From assembly GCA_012295275.1 (NCBI GenBank), contig CM022668.1:12958001-13022000 (forward strand): a stretch of 64,000 nucleotides of DNA. The letters are read 5' to 3'. The notes below the pieces were generated by a model that saw nothing but the letters and a program-made list of their open reading frames with translations, was not told the origin of the DNA and made no database searches. Below are positions 25,880-39,055 of the stretch, piece after piece. Origin of the DNA: Chrysomallon squamiferum (taxonomy: Eukaryota; Animalia; Mollusca). Made by a program: the position numbers and the translations under genes. Within the stretch, counting starts at the first letter, position 1. Each line of letters opens with the position of its first letter.

Positions 25880-26092
25880 CCCGAGATGTCTATGTTAGTT
25901 TGGTGCGCCATAGAAGGGAGGAAATTCAAGTATAGTCAGGACCGACAACTGGGATGTGTAGTTAATGTTATTATGAAGCAGTAGGTGTTGGATAGTTTGC
26001 TATGGAGGATTATGTATCCTTATATTTTGTTGTGTTCTTGTAACTGTATTTGGGAATATGACAGTCTGAACTGACAACAGTTTGTCGATAAG
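25880..26092 (+). other. Candidate non-coding first exon (5' UTR) of the ORP gene; 5' end approximate
   Basis: Strong donor AAG|GTATGT at 26092/26093 inside the CpG-containing promoter region; the next exon (34680) starts with 48 nt of UTR, so an upstream exon is needed. Confidence 0.5.
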
Positions 26093-27029
26093 GTATGTAT
26101 GGCTTGAACTACTGTTGTTATTTATTTTTCTTCCCAGTTGTTAGCTTTTAAATCAGGATGTGGCATTCGGCAAGTATCAACTTACGGCGTAACGCTGTGA
26201 TTTGAGCGAGGAAAACGAATCGAAAGAAGTCACCTGTAGCTATGTTACTTTAGGCTGAGTCACTGCCGTGTTACCGTTAACGTCAACAGTCAAGGCGTAG
26301 ACTTTCCAGTCATGATTGTTATTCATAATCAGAAGTGATTACTTTCATTATATTAGTATAAATTAACTACGGCGTTTGGTTTCGGATTAAATATTAAAAT
26401 AGCGTCTTGCGTGTTTTTGAAGACGTCATTTTTGTGACATTGCGAAAGTCTAGCAGTGTAAAATAAGTTGGTAACTTTAGTTATTACACATAATAATAGA
26501 ATTATTATAAAGGTAAGCATTCATTTTGAGTTACTAATAAAGTGAATAAATGTTTATATAGATAAGTAAAATAATTATTAATTGGCTAAATTGTTATAAT
26601 AATAAAATACTATATAGTATATTTACTTTTTTCTGTCATTAAATTAATTGAATTAATTGAAAGTTGATGTATATTTTTATAATGAATAAACATATAATAA
26701 TCATATATCATACTTATTAATTTATTAATAAATTCTAATATAAGATTAATTATGTTTCTAAAAGCACCATACTTTGAATATAACTTTTTAATTTAAAACT
26801 GATAGTTAATATTTTTTATGGACTTACATACAGCACATGGTAATTCAGTTGTAAATGTTCTGAACTTTCCAAATACCAGAACTTTAATCCTAATCAGCTA
26901 ATGGTTTATAACTATAAGAATATACTGTTTTTTTTCTTATAGTTATTTCCATGATTATATGCTATTACAGAATCCTAAGAGTTGAAATGTATTGATTTTG
27001 GCATGCATGATTTCACTTTTACCATAACT

Positions 27030-27385
27030 GTGGACTTGATAAAACTGAATGGATTAGAGATATTGTTCTTTTTTATGGGCTATTTTAAAGTGCAGTCAAG
27101 CTTATATTTGCTTTGTTCATTTATTTATTTTCATTTCTAACCAGTTACTAATTTATCAAAGGCTATTTGCTGATTATTGAAATGTGGATATTAAATGTCT
27201 TACTTCAACTATGTAAAAATTGAAATCAATTGAATTTAGCATTACAAGACTTCACAGTTACCTTACTTGTGAACTTGATAAAACTGATTGAACATGTTCA
27301 AGATGTTGTTCTTTTTTATGGGTTGTTTGTACAATTACTGGAAATGTAAAAGTGAAGTCAAGCTCATATTTGTTTGTTTATTCAA
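27030..27385. repeat. Dispersed ~100-bp direct duplication
   Basis: gtg.acttgataaaactga...gat.ttgttcttttttatggg...aagtg.agtcaagct.atatttg at ~27030 and ~27270. Confidence 0.75.
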
Positions 27386-27562
27386 TGCTCCTGTCCTACG
27401 TTCACCTATATTTTCCTTTTAGTTTTCAAAATTTGATTAAAAAAAAAAAAAAAAAAAAAAAAATTCTTGAAATATTTGACATCTGAAAGTAGCTAAAAGT
27501 GACATGTTGTAGACTAGTTTAGATAGTTTTGATAAATTGTGATGTGACTGTCAAAACATGAA

Positions 27563-27599
<37 letters not shown>

Positions 27600-29379
27600 A
27601 AACTTATTATGAAAGTTAGTAATAAACAGCAGTTAATTCACTGTAATAATTATAATAATAGAATTCTGACAAAATAAATAAAGTTAGAAAATAATGCAGA
27701 TAGAAGCTATAATCTCTGTAAATAATAAAATAATTAAACTGACAAATGTGGCTTTGGTAGAGGAAAAAAGAAAATGAAATATATATCTGATCTGAAGGGC
27801 TATCTATGAATACTGTTGTGAGAAATATTAGAATGAAAAAAAAACCAAAAACAGTTTTTTGACAAAATGCCTTTAAAAATAAATTTTCCAAATTTCAGAA
27901 TACTAAATTATTAACATTGTTTTACGTGTTGTATTTGTTTTTATATATATGATTATAGTTATAATTATTATTATATTGTTTACTGTTGCTTGAGCATCTC
28001 TTTTTAATCTGTGTATCATAACATGACATAAAAATAACTTTAGTCATATTGTATGATGTTGATGATTCATTTTCCAAGCTGAAAAGAAAGAGGCCATTGT
28101 TTTGTTTTTGTTTCAAAGTTTTAAAATGCTATTTTAATGATGTATACCAAACCTGTTGCTCAAGTTTTAAACTTAAACATGGAATGTCCAGATAACTGAT
28201 ACACTGATCGTAACAAGTTAAGTCCTGTAGGAATTTTTGTTAGTAATAAAAAGACGTTACAAAGCATTGTCAGTGCACTGAAGGATATACTGCCATCATT
28301 CTTTTGCATTTGGTTTGCAGGAATCTTCTTGGACAAAGATTTAAAAAAATCTGTAATAGAATTTAAAAATAACGTCAGATGATTTGGACATGATTAAGAA
28401 CTGTCTGGTGTATGTGAACCTTTCTTGTTTATGTTGAAATTTCATGTTTGATTCTAATCTGTGTGCTGGGTTAAAAACTGACAGACAGACAGAAAGACAG
28501 ACAGAGATAGGCAAACAAGCAAGCAGCAGCAGCAACAACAACAACAAAAAAAGCTTGTTGGAATGATTAGCTTTAAGTAATACAACATGTAAACAACACA
28601 TCCTGGACCAAACCCTAGAAACTGTAGAATGTTTGAATAATAGTGTATCCATGTTGGACAGGACAGTTCATATTTTCTCCATCATTGCAAATGAAAAGAA
28701 GTGAGAATTTGCTTATATTATAACATGCTGGTCTGAGAGTTTTGAAAAAAGTATGTTAGATCTTCTGCTGTTGGAGTCTTACAAGAATAATGAGCCAAAT
28801 AAAAAGATGAAATGATCTCATGCATTCCTGTTTACATCAGAGCTAACAAAGTCCATGTTTCAGCCTGTTTGTTCTTTTACAAATTTAAAAATAACTGTTG
28901 ATAGCTTAGGGGTTGGATTGTTCAGTACGTGGTATTTTTATCCAGTGATTGCAAGAGTATGTCCATAATACTGACGGAATAACAGAACAGTGTGATTCAG
29001 ATGTAGTAATTGAGGAATCTTAACTTGTTGTGCTCACTATACTAATGCATGCTTGGAAACAGATGATGCCAGCTCAGTGTGCATGTTAATAGAATCATTA
29101 GCTGAGTAAGTATACATCAATAATATTATTGTAGTTCAATGGATTAGCCATGCTATTGACAAAGGCATTTTAGCAGGTATTCCAGGTTAGTGTAAGTATT
29201 AATAATCATTTGGAGAATATATTAATTAGTCATTACGTTAGTGTTCTTTAAGTATCATTTGGTGTATTAATAATGAAGAGCTGTAAAAACATTAAATTGA
29301 TGCATGTTCTTTAACTAATATTTGGTTCATTAATAAGGCCAATCTGCTAAAAAAAAAATATATTAATTTGAAAATGTTA

Positions 29380-29780
29380 GCAGGTATAAAATGTTAATGT
29401 ATACAACAAAAATTAGCTAGGATAAATACTTGCATATGTAGGAAGGATGTTTAAAATTTCAGAATATTTTCTGATGCTTAAATGGGTAATGCTTTTATGA
29501 TTTATTTTACAAAAATATTAGTATATAATTACAAAAATAAGTTAGGATAATTATTCACATGTGCAAGAAGGCTGTTTAAAATTTCAGAATATTTTCTGAT
29601 GCTTTTCTGGTGCTAAATGTAAAAAAAAAAAAAGATTCACAAATCCATTTCACAAAAATGCATAGCAAAAATCCAGCTTGGATAAAATTTCACAAATTTA
29701 GCAAAGGCTGTTTAAAATTTCCGAATATTTTCTGGTATTAAATGTAAAAGCTTGTGTGACTTGTTTGACAAAAATTTCAT
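29380..29780. repeat. Degenerate ~125-135-bp tandem repeat, 3 copies
   Basis: ggataa...aagg.tgtttaaaatttcagaatattttctg repeated three times. Confidence 0.85.
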
Positions 29781-30549
29781 TTGGGAATCGATATACATTT
29801 ATTCGTAGTACAATAATGACTATCAACATGGAAATGTAATTTTCTTTATTTGCCATGAAAATAATGTCTACCACTGGAAAAAAAAATCAAAAAAATCAGG
29901 GGCTCAAATTAAGTATCAGCAGTGAAAATGTTTAAACAAAAATTAAAGTGCATTTTTTTAATAGAAATATGGAATAGGATTTAGTTATCGATTTTTAATT
30001 AAAAAACAATAGTTCAGATTTTATTAATCTGTCACTTGGTCAGCTTCATTAAAAATTTGTTTATAAAATGCATTGGATTGGTATTGATTTTAATTTCTTC
30101 TGTTTTTAAACAATTTGTAATATTTTCCTAGGCTGGAGTTATTATTATTATTTTTTTTCTGTTTTACTTTGATGTTTATTTTAAAGTTTTACAGTATTTT
30201 ATCATCATTAATGTTTTCTTTTTCTTCTTCCTTCCCAAACCTTAATGTTTTCTGATTTGTGATATTTCCTAATCTGAATTAAATTCGTCTCTGTTTTATA
30301 GTCATTAATGTTTTCCAGTCTACAATATTTCTTAGCAAAGATTAAATTTCTCTTTATTTTACGAACTTTATTTTATGTTTGTTAATGTTTTCTAATGTAT
30401 TTTCGTCTGTGAAGTAGTTTCTCAGTTTATTTTTCTGTTATTTATGTAGGAGCATACCATTTTTTTTCTTTTGCTGTGAGCAACACTGAGTCATTATATA
30501 AAGAATATAAAATAGGATACACCCTCTATCATTTAGTCATCTGTACTAG

Positions 30550-30798
30550 GTACACACACACATTACATATATATATATATATATATATATATAGATAGGT
30601 AGATATATGCAGACACACACACATATACATACATACACACACATATATATATATTGCATACATACATACATACATATATACATACACACATACACACACA
30701 TTCACACACATACACACACATATGCATACATATAATATATATATATTCACACATATACACACCTATAATTCACACACACTTATACATACATATGTGTG

Positions 30799-30850
<52 letters not shown>
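30550..30850. repeat. Compound (TA)n/(CA)n microsatellite
   Basis: Directly visible. Confidence 0.97.
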
Positions 30851-30852
<2 letters not shown>

Positions 30853-30924
30853 CTTTTGTTTATCGTCCTGTAGACAGAAAAACTCCTTATATCTTTTGAT
30901 AAACCAGTTTAGAAAAAAAACCTA

Positions 30925-31010
30925 ACTGGAACAGGAAATGGAGGAACAAGTTCACTAAGTAGGTTTGATCCTAAGATCTGCCATGCCTCAGGCCGAAGTC
31001 TAACAAGAAC
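30925..31010 (-). mobile_element. Degenerate tRNA-derived SINE head fragment
   Basis: Minus strand GTTAGACTTCGGCCTGAGGCATGGCAGATCTTAGGATCAAACCTACTTAGTGAAC...CCATTTCCTGTTCCAG: tRNA-like spacing with a B-box-like GGATCAAACC; no intact cloverleaf. Confidence 0.4.
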
Positions 31011-33234
31011 TGTCTTGTTTTCCAAGAGTCACTTAATGCCTAAATTTAGCACCTTTGTTAGGGACGTGTATTTTTGGCATTTCTATTCAGCTATAGTAAA
31101 TGAAAGGAAAATTAGTTACAGATGATGCAAATGGCATGTTGTAGAGAAGAATTGGTATGTGTGTATGTAGCCACGATGTTCGAAAATGTCAAAACGTTGT
31201 CTTGCCAAGGAACAAGAAGTCTATTATTTAAACAAATTTATTTCAAACTGGTGATATAATTAATTAATTAGCTGCGAAAGAATGACAAGGGTTCCAGTTT
31301 AATGTTAAAATTTGTAGTCAGCTTTGTATGATAATGACTAATAAAAAGGAAACTGTGTTTTAAGAATAAATGAATCTGTCATTCAAAGATAATACATTTC
31401 CTTGTTAAGGTCTCTAATTTCCATGTTATTTACAATACTGATATATACAATACATTTACATTTTTAAATTAGATTATTTCTTTTTAGTTTAATGTTTTTT
31501 TTACTAAAATGTTCTCGTGTATTTTCTTCAAACTTGAAAAAAAAAAATCAGTTTATAACTAAATATACAATTAAGTTGAGCATTTGAAGAAGAATAATAC
31601 AATTAAATGACAATACTTTTTAACATTCATTTATACATTTTAAAGATGAGAAATACATTTTTTAATGTAATATACTTTTATTTAATTATTCATGTTAAAA
31701 TACTGATACACCTTCAAAGCCAACAAAGACTGCACAGGATTTCTTTTATCACTGAAAAAGAATATTTTATATCTAGTAGTTTTAAATGGAGTTTATTTAA
31801 GGAAACTTTAACTAAATTAAACTTAATGATTCTATACAAATACTTGTTTATATATGTTGTTTTTTTTTTTTTTTTATTTGTTTATCCTTATTTACTGTTT
31901 ATAAATCATTTCTGTTTAACCATTGTCTGAAAGATTAAACCTGCTTCAATGTGCTAGGTGTAAATGATACTGAACTATTTTCTACCCTGCCACTTTCTCA
32001 TTTATTTTTACCAGTTTATAGCCAGCCTGTTTTGCATTTTAATGGATAAAAGTGAATGGCTGAACAGGGTAATAGAGATGTGACTAATTCAAATCCTTTT
32101 TAATGTTTAGTTCTGTGGATCATATCATATACAATTCCTGTAACTGAAGATTAAAAAGTTATTCAGCTGCTTAAAAAGGTATTGAATATGGTACACAATA
32201 TGTTGTCACCAGACAGTAGGTTATTCATTTCCAGTTAGAAGCAGGATATCTTTTAGATAAACACACCTTCCCATAAACAGGAAAGGTCATACCCATGGTC
32301 TTTCATAAAACAGTCTGGAGCAATGGTTGGATTGGGAAATGGGGCATGTCACTGCAGTCCTTTTCTTTGATCACTGAACTATAATGTTGAACCCTTGAAT
32401 TAGAGTCAACCCAAAGACGACACCATAGAGGACTGATCTCGCAATCTTTGGCTCTTAATAAATAAGACTCACTAATACAATACATGATCTGTTGTTAATG
32501 AAGAGGAGAACACGATCTGATGAAATGAAATCAGTGCTTAGTGTATTGATTAACACAAAATTTCATTTAATCAATTTAATGACAAGAATGATCAGCGTCT
32601 ATTAACACGATGGTGCATGTTTGACCATTATCACCAGTTTTCCATGGCAACTTCTACCACTGGACATGTCTGTATGTTATTGCTGTTGGGTCTTAATTGC
32701 AAAAGCATCATTGAAAAACCTCACTAGACTGTGTAGTATGTGTCTGAAATGAAGTCTTCATTTTTGTTTGAGATATCTTGGGAGTTTGCGTCTCCGATGA
32801 AAGGTCATGCATTGCATGAGTTGCCATGGGAATATTCAAATGGAATTGAACAAATATTTTTTTGGTATAATTAACTTATTTTTTAACATTTTTTTTTTTT
32901 TTTTTTTTTTGTTCATTTATTTTAAAGAATAGTTTTTGTTCATGTCTACAAATGTAATGTAATAATACAAATAACTGAGGTGTCACGGATGTTTTTTTGT
33001 TCTGTTTTTTTTTTTTAAATTTAATTACACTAATGTCTGTTCATGCAGTAATGAAAAGTGCTTGAATACTTAATGTTTTTGTTTGTTTGAAAACACTTCT
33101 AAAAAAAAAAGAGAACAAAAGACAGAGGAAAACTGGAAATAAAAATTCCAGACATATGCATTTTCCTAGGTGGACGTTTCTTATAAAAGTACGTTCATTG
33201 AGAAATCTTGTTTAAGCATCTAATATGTATGTGT

Positions 33235-33236
<2 letters not shown>

Positions 33237-33322
<86 letters not shown>
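33237..33322. repeat. (TC)n microsatellite
   Basis: Pure TC run. Confidence 0.99.
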
Positions 33323-33325
<3 letters not shown>

Positions 33326-34727
33326 ATATATGGATGTTTGTGTGAGGGTGTCAATGTAATGGTTGAACTTTGTCGACTGCCATTAACATATAACCTGAGG
33401 GGTAGTTTAAAATGTTGTCACGTAATTATATAACTCAGAAGATAAAATGCTGTTTAATATTTGTTATGTAACATGTGTCTGAGCATTTTTACTTTATGAA
33501 AATACAACACTCAACTTTCTGTCAAACCAGTCTTTCATACCTTTCATATTTACTTCTTCCTTTTTTTCTCTCATTCCTTCAGACCGTCTTTCTATCAGCT
33601 TTATTCAGAAATTAATAGGATTTAAAAAAAAATTTATTACTTAAAATTTAACTGTCAGTTTGAAAGGGTTTCCAGATTGTAAAATCACTTAAATACTTCA
33701 TATGTTCATTTGGTTCTTATTTTTGTTTGGATACTTAACTATTTTGTTGGTACAGTTTGGTCAAAGATTCCAGGTGTGACCTTAAATGTCATAATCATTC
33801 TCAGTGACTCATTTTTTCTTTTGTGTCTGTCTGTCTGTCTGTCTGTTGATATATGTCTGATTATGTCATTTTCAGTCATCACACAGGCAGAATCCTTCCC
33901 TTTTAAACACTGTATTTTCATATCTACTCCAGTGATCACTTTTTTTTTTTTTTTTTTTTTCTCCTTCATATACTTTCCAAAACATACAGTAATAGCTTCT
34001 TTATATTACAGTCAGCATTTTGATCCTGGTAAAATTTCCAGTGTTCAGGATTGCTAGCCCTGCTTTTAAATGTTCTTGGTCTGCACCTGTTATGCATTCA
34101 GTTACAATCAGAAATGTGTTAAGAAGGAAAGAAATACTCTGAGTCATATATATATATATATAAAGACATATTAATCAGTGTTTTGGGTCATGTCTTGATA
34201 ATGAAATAAAAAAATGTTAAATTTTTTTATGCCGTTTGGTAAATATAAAAAATTATCAGAACATTATGTGTCTTGTGATTATTTAAAAGATGTTAGAAAA
34301 TAAATAATTTTATTTACTTTATCAAAATGATTATTCAGTATTGTTGAATTGCTGTATTTGAGATAATGGACATAATACACACACCTATATACATACATAC
34401 ACACATAAATACAGAAAATAATATGCAAAACAGACAATATACACACAATCTATAATTTCACATATACACATAATATACACACACACACATAAACACATGA
34501 ATAAATAACACAACATGCATAACAAACAACACCCATATACTATATATAATTTCAGGTGCATAAATAAACACTAACAACACATCCACAGCCACAGAAACAT
34601 TGAGTATATATGTAAGTAGTCTGAAGAACCAATAAACAAATAAAATTAAAAAAACCAATAAATGAATTTGTTCTTGCAGACAAAATCTTAGACCAGCTGA
34701 AAGGGCTTCCAGACAGACACACACACC

Positions 34728-34844
34728 ATGTCATTGAAAGACAGTGACAAGAACAGTGCTCCTCTCAAACGTCACAAATCAGCTTCAAGCATGGCTGAGG
34801 ATCCCCATCATCAGTTCAGACACAGTGACACAGCATCTGAGTCT
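34728..34844 (+). CDS. OSBPL6: OSBP-related protein (OSBPL3/6/7 family), probable first coding exon MSLKDSDKNSAPLKRHKSASSMAEDPHHQFRHSDTASES
   Basis: Acceptor TTCTTGCAG| at 34679, CACACCATG start context, 39 codons, phase-0 donor TCT|GTGAGT matching the phase-0 exon at 62827; Ser-rich like ORP3/6/7 N-termini. Confidence 0.72.
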
Positions 34845-35690
34845 GTGAGTGTAGTTTTGTAGTGCTTTGTCTGTGAAAAAATGTGATTAATAAATTACTA
34901 CATGAAAGAATAACCCTGATTATTTTCACTTTGAGTATCCCCATCAGTTTAGACATAGCGATGCAGCATCTGATTCTGTGAGTGTAGATGTGTTTTGTAG
35001 CTTTCTGTCTATTAAAAATGAAAAAAAAAAATGTTATTAATAAATTACTACATGAAAGAATAACCCTGATTATTTTCACTTTGAGTATCCCCATAAGTTT
35101 AGACATAGTGACACAGCATCCGATTCTGTGAGTGTAGATTTGTTTTATACCTTGTTGTCTCTATAAAAATGTGATTAATAAATTACTACATGAAAGAATA
35201 ACCCTGATTACCTTCACTTTGAGTATCCCCACCAGTTTAGACATAGCGATACTGCATTCAATTCAATGAGTGTAGATTTGTTTTATAGCTTTCTGTCTAT
35301 TAAAAAATGAAAAAAAAAAAATGTGATTAATAAATTACTACATGAAAGAATAACCCTAATTACCTTCACTTTGAGTATCCCCACCAGTTCAGACATAGCA
35401 ACACAGCATCAAATTCAATCAGTGTAGATATAGCTTATAACAGTGTAAATTTGTTTTATAGCTGATATTTGATTTATGTATGTAAGGACAAATCACCACA
35501 TGAAAGCGTAACCCTCGTATTTTCATTCTGAGCATCTCTGGGACCATTTTCAGTTGAGTATTGTGGCATTCGATTCAGGGAATGTAGATTTGTTTTGCAG
35601 CTTATAACAAACTTCATTTATTTGTGAAAAGAAAGTAATTGATACATCAATATGCGTGAAAGCATAACCAGAGTATTTTCACATCAAATA
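34803..35690 (+). repeat. Tandem array (~135-155-bp units, 5 clear copies plus 1 decayed) derived from the ORP exon 3' end, donor and intron start
   Basis: Repeating ccccatcagtttagacatag...gtgagtgtag...taataaattactacatgaaagaataaccct...cactttgagtat. Confidence 0.93.
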
Positions 35691-35819
35691 TATTTGATAA
35701 AAAAATCTATTTAAATTTTTTTTTTTATTGTCCTGGGATAACTGCTGAAGCAATACTATTTCATTGAAAGACACCAAGGTTTATGTGAGATGACAATGCT
35801 AGTGACAGTAATGCTGTAG

Positions 35820-37030
35820 AAAGAGTGGTTTTAAAAAAAAAAGTTTGTAATTGGATTGGGATTGCAGAAGATATAATACTATTTCAGTGATAGTTTTTGA
35901 TGTAAATAGATATGGCAACGTTACTCAAAGCAGTAAAAATTTAGATAAAATTTAGTTTTTGAGGAATATTATTAAAGATTGTAACTTTCTTGAGTGACTG
36001 AAGATTTTATTATTATCAATCATATTTTAATCACAACAGTAATGTAGGTAAAACAGTTTTGAAATATAGCATTAAAGACGGTAAATGAAATTTACTAGGG
36101 TCACTGAAGGTAAAATTATTTCATTCATAGTATTTGATATCTATCTATCTATCTATCAATCTATCTATATACATACATGTGTCATATATACCTATATACC
36201 TACACAAATATAGAAAGGATAAGTCAAAGAAAAAAGGAAAAAGGATTGTGTTTGTGTGTGGGGAGAGAGAGAGAGAGAGAGAGAGCTTTAATCACAACAA
36301 TAGTTTAGATACAATGGTTTTGAGAAATAGCATTAACCTGTAGTTTACTGGGATTACTAAAGATAATATTTAAATGATCATTTTGGATATGTATAAGAGA
36401 TAGAACCATTAATGACAGTATTGTTTTAGATAATGGTTTTGAGAATAACAATATAATGGTTCATAATTGGATGGTTGAACTGTAGAGATATAATACTACT
36501 TCAGCGATAATTTTTGAGTTATATAAGAGATGACAGAACTGATCACTATAGCAATAATTTAGATGCAGTCGTTTTGAGAAAAACAGCATCAAAGACTGTA
36601 ATTCAATTGTAATTCAATTTGGTTATCTGTTTCTGAGGTGTGTAAGAAACTGCATCACTGAAATTAATGATGATATTGTAGATGAAATGGTTTTGAGAAA
36701 AACAACATCAAAACTGAAACTTGATGAGACAAGTGCAGACAGTTTTTAACTTGTTTTTGAACTGGTAGCGTTAATGACAACTGTAATATTACAGAAATAT
36801 GGGTTTAAAGAAAGAAAAAAAAAAAAATAAAATAAAAATAAAGTGCATTCCAGAATCACTGAATATAATAATATTATTTAAAATGATAATTTTGGAATTG
36901 TGTAAGACCTGACAACACTTGTTTTAAGAATAATAACATCATAGTTTGTAATTGGATGGGATAATGGCAGATGAATGCTTTTGATATACACAGAGACTGT
37001 AATACCAACTGGAGTGATAATATTGTAGAT
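35820..37030. repeat. Highly decayed tandem repeats
   Basis: Recurrent tagat..atggttttgaga.aa..gcat and gatata(t)aatacta.ttcag.gata.tttttga motifs. Confidence 0.55.
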
Positions 37031-38224
37031 ACTTCACTTTATAACGACACTTCATAATGTCACTTCATAACTAAATGCTATTTGAGTTTGTCACTTACCA
37101 ATGTTTTGCTTTCAATCAATCATTTGTAATTCTTTTCCATTGAGTTTTAATATTTAGATATATATATATATTTATAATGTGATGTTGTATGAAGGATACT
37201 GTAACAGTTCATAATTCATTTTCTTTTTTTTTCCTTCTCATTCTCTCTGTTTGTAGCATGTCTGTCTGTCTGTCTGTCTGGCATATGTTCTTTCTGTTCC
37301 TAAATGTCTTTCTAGGGCCCTAAATCTAGATCTACTTCTGTCTGCCAAATTTATCTTGCACTATCATTAAATTATTATTTGCCACATTAGTAAATTACAT
37401 TAGGGCACCTTTATGTCTCTGTGTCCTGTCAAGTAACACAAACCAAACAGAAATTTATGTGCTACATTTCATGTCGAGCTTAAATTGTATGACCTCACAT
37501 GACAAAAGTCGATATTTCGGTTTGTTTTTCAGTCGAGATATTAACTTTCTCGATACCTTATATTACATTTAATGTCTGTTAACCTTTCCAAGTGAAACAC
37601 GAGTATTGATATTTAAAATAACGTATGATAGATGTTGTAAGTTAAGAGAAGAGTACATATGTTGGGGTTTTTGGTGTGTTTTTTTTTTCAAGGACAGGTT
37701 AAAAAAAAAAACCCTGTTAGTTGAAATTTAAAAAAAAGTGAATGAAAACCAAACAAAAAAAAAAAAAAAAAAAAAAATTTTGGTTATAAAACCCCAAAAT
37801 AAATATTTTTTTACTACCAAAAAAAATTTAATTAATAATAACAATAAAATAAGACAATTAATCTGCTGAACGGTAAGAGTAACCCCATGAATATATATTA
37901 AAAGTAATCTATACAGCAACAAATGTAACCCATATATTAGTAACAGTATCAGCTGTGAAATAAGAATAATCCATGATTTAGTAGGAGTCATATTTCAGTA
38001 TTAAAATTAACTATTACCATAGCAGGGACAGACATGTAAATAATTTGGGGGTAACCCATGTTTATCAGCTGCAGCAGATGTAGATGTTTTCTTTGATGTT
38101 ACTACTACTAATAAAATGTTTGATTTTGTTTTTGTGAGTAAATACCACATTGGATGTGATAATTTCTGTTAATATCAAAACAAAAACAAAAACAAAAAAC
38201 GCGTTTGCAAGACCTTAATACTAA

Positions 38225-38632
38225 AATTGTTTCTACTGAAAATATATCTACAAACCTGTCTGTTATCTACTAAAAATATCTGTAATTCTGCTATCTGCTG
38301 AAAAAATATCTATAATTCCGCTATGTACTGAAAATGTATCTATAATTCTGTTATCTGCTGAAAAATGTCTATAATTCTGTTATCTACTGAAAAATATCCA
38401 TAATTCTGCTATCTACTGAAAAATATCTGTAATTCTGTTATCTACTGAAAAATATCTATAATTCTCCTATCTACTGAAAATATATCTATTATTCTGTTTG
38501 TTATCTACTGAAAATATATCTGCAAATTCTGTTTATTATGTACTGAAAATAGATCTCTAAATTCTGATTGTTACCTACTGAAAATATATATGTGTAACTG
38601 TGATTGTTACCTACCGAAAATATATCTATAAT
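38225..38632. repeat. ~29-bp minisatellite, ~13 copies
   Basis: Unit atctactgaaaaatatctataattctgtt. Confidence 0.93.
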
Positions 38633-38903
38633 TAATTGTGACAGAGTTAATACAGACGTTTATTAAATGAGGAAATGGCCTGTGTAGTTGGTATTCCCCA
38701 GAGAAAGTTTCCACACTCAGCATGGTTCATTACTTGAACATAACTGTCTAGTGCTATTATCACAGGCTTCATCTTGCATAGATCTAAAATTATAAAGAGT
38801 TTATGTGGTAATGGTATGAGTAAATGCCATTTATATATTTTGTGTATTACCAAGATGTCATGGATTTTTATATATTGCTTTGTAAATTGTTATTTTAAAG
38901 AAG

Positions 38904-38942
<39 letters not shown>

Positions 38943-38977
38943 AAAAAGAAATTTATAGAAATATGCTATTTTGTTTT

Positions 38978-39055
38978 TAGGAGTAACCCTCTTATGGTAG
39001 GAGTAACCCTCTTATGGTAGGAGTAACCCACATGGTTGTGAGAGTAACCCATATG
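38978..39055. repeat. 20-bp tandem repeat, ~4 copies
   Basis: taggagtaaccctcttatgg. Confidence 0.9.

Larger units (their letters stand above)
24280..26460. promoter_or_regulatory. Divergent promoter region shared by WAC (-) and the ORP gene (+)
   Basis: Local reappearance of CpG between two CpG-poor gene bodies; YY1-type ATGGCG motifs (24292-24301 +, 24493-24501 -); TCACGTGAC E-box at 24657-24665; TCAGT Inr-like motifs at 25329-25376. Confidence 0.65.

Noticed and set aside
30925-31010. tRNA gene
   Set aside because: No intact cloverleaf or acceptor stem; treated as a decayed SINE head.
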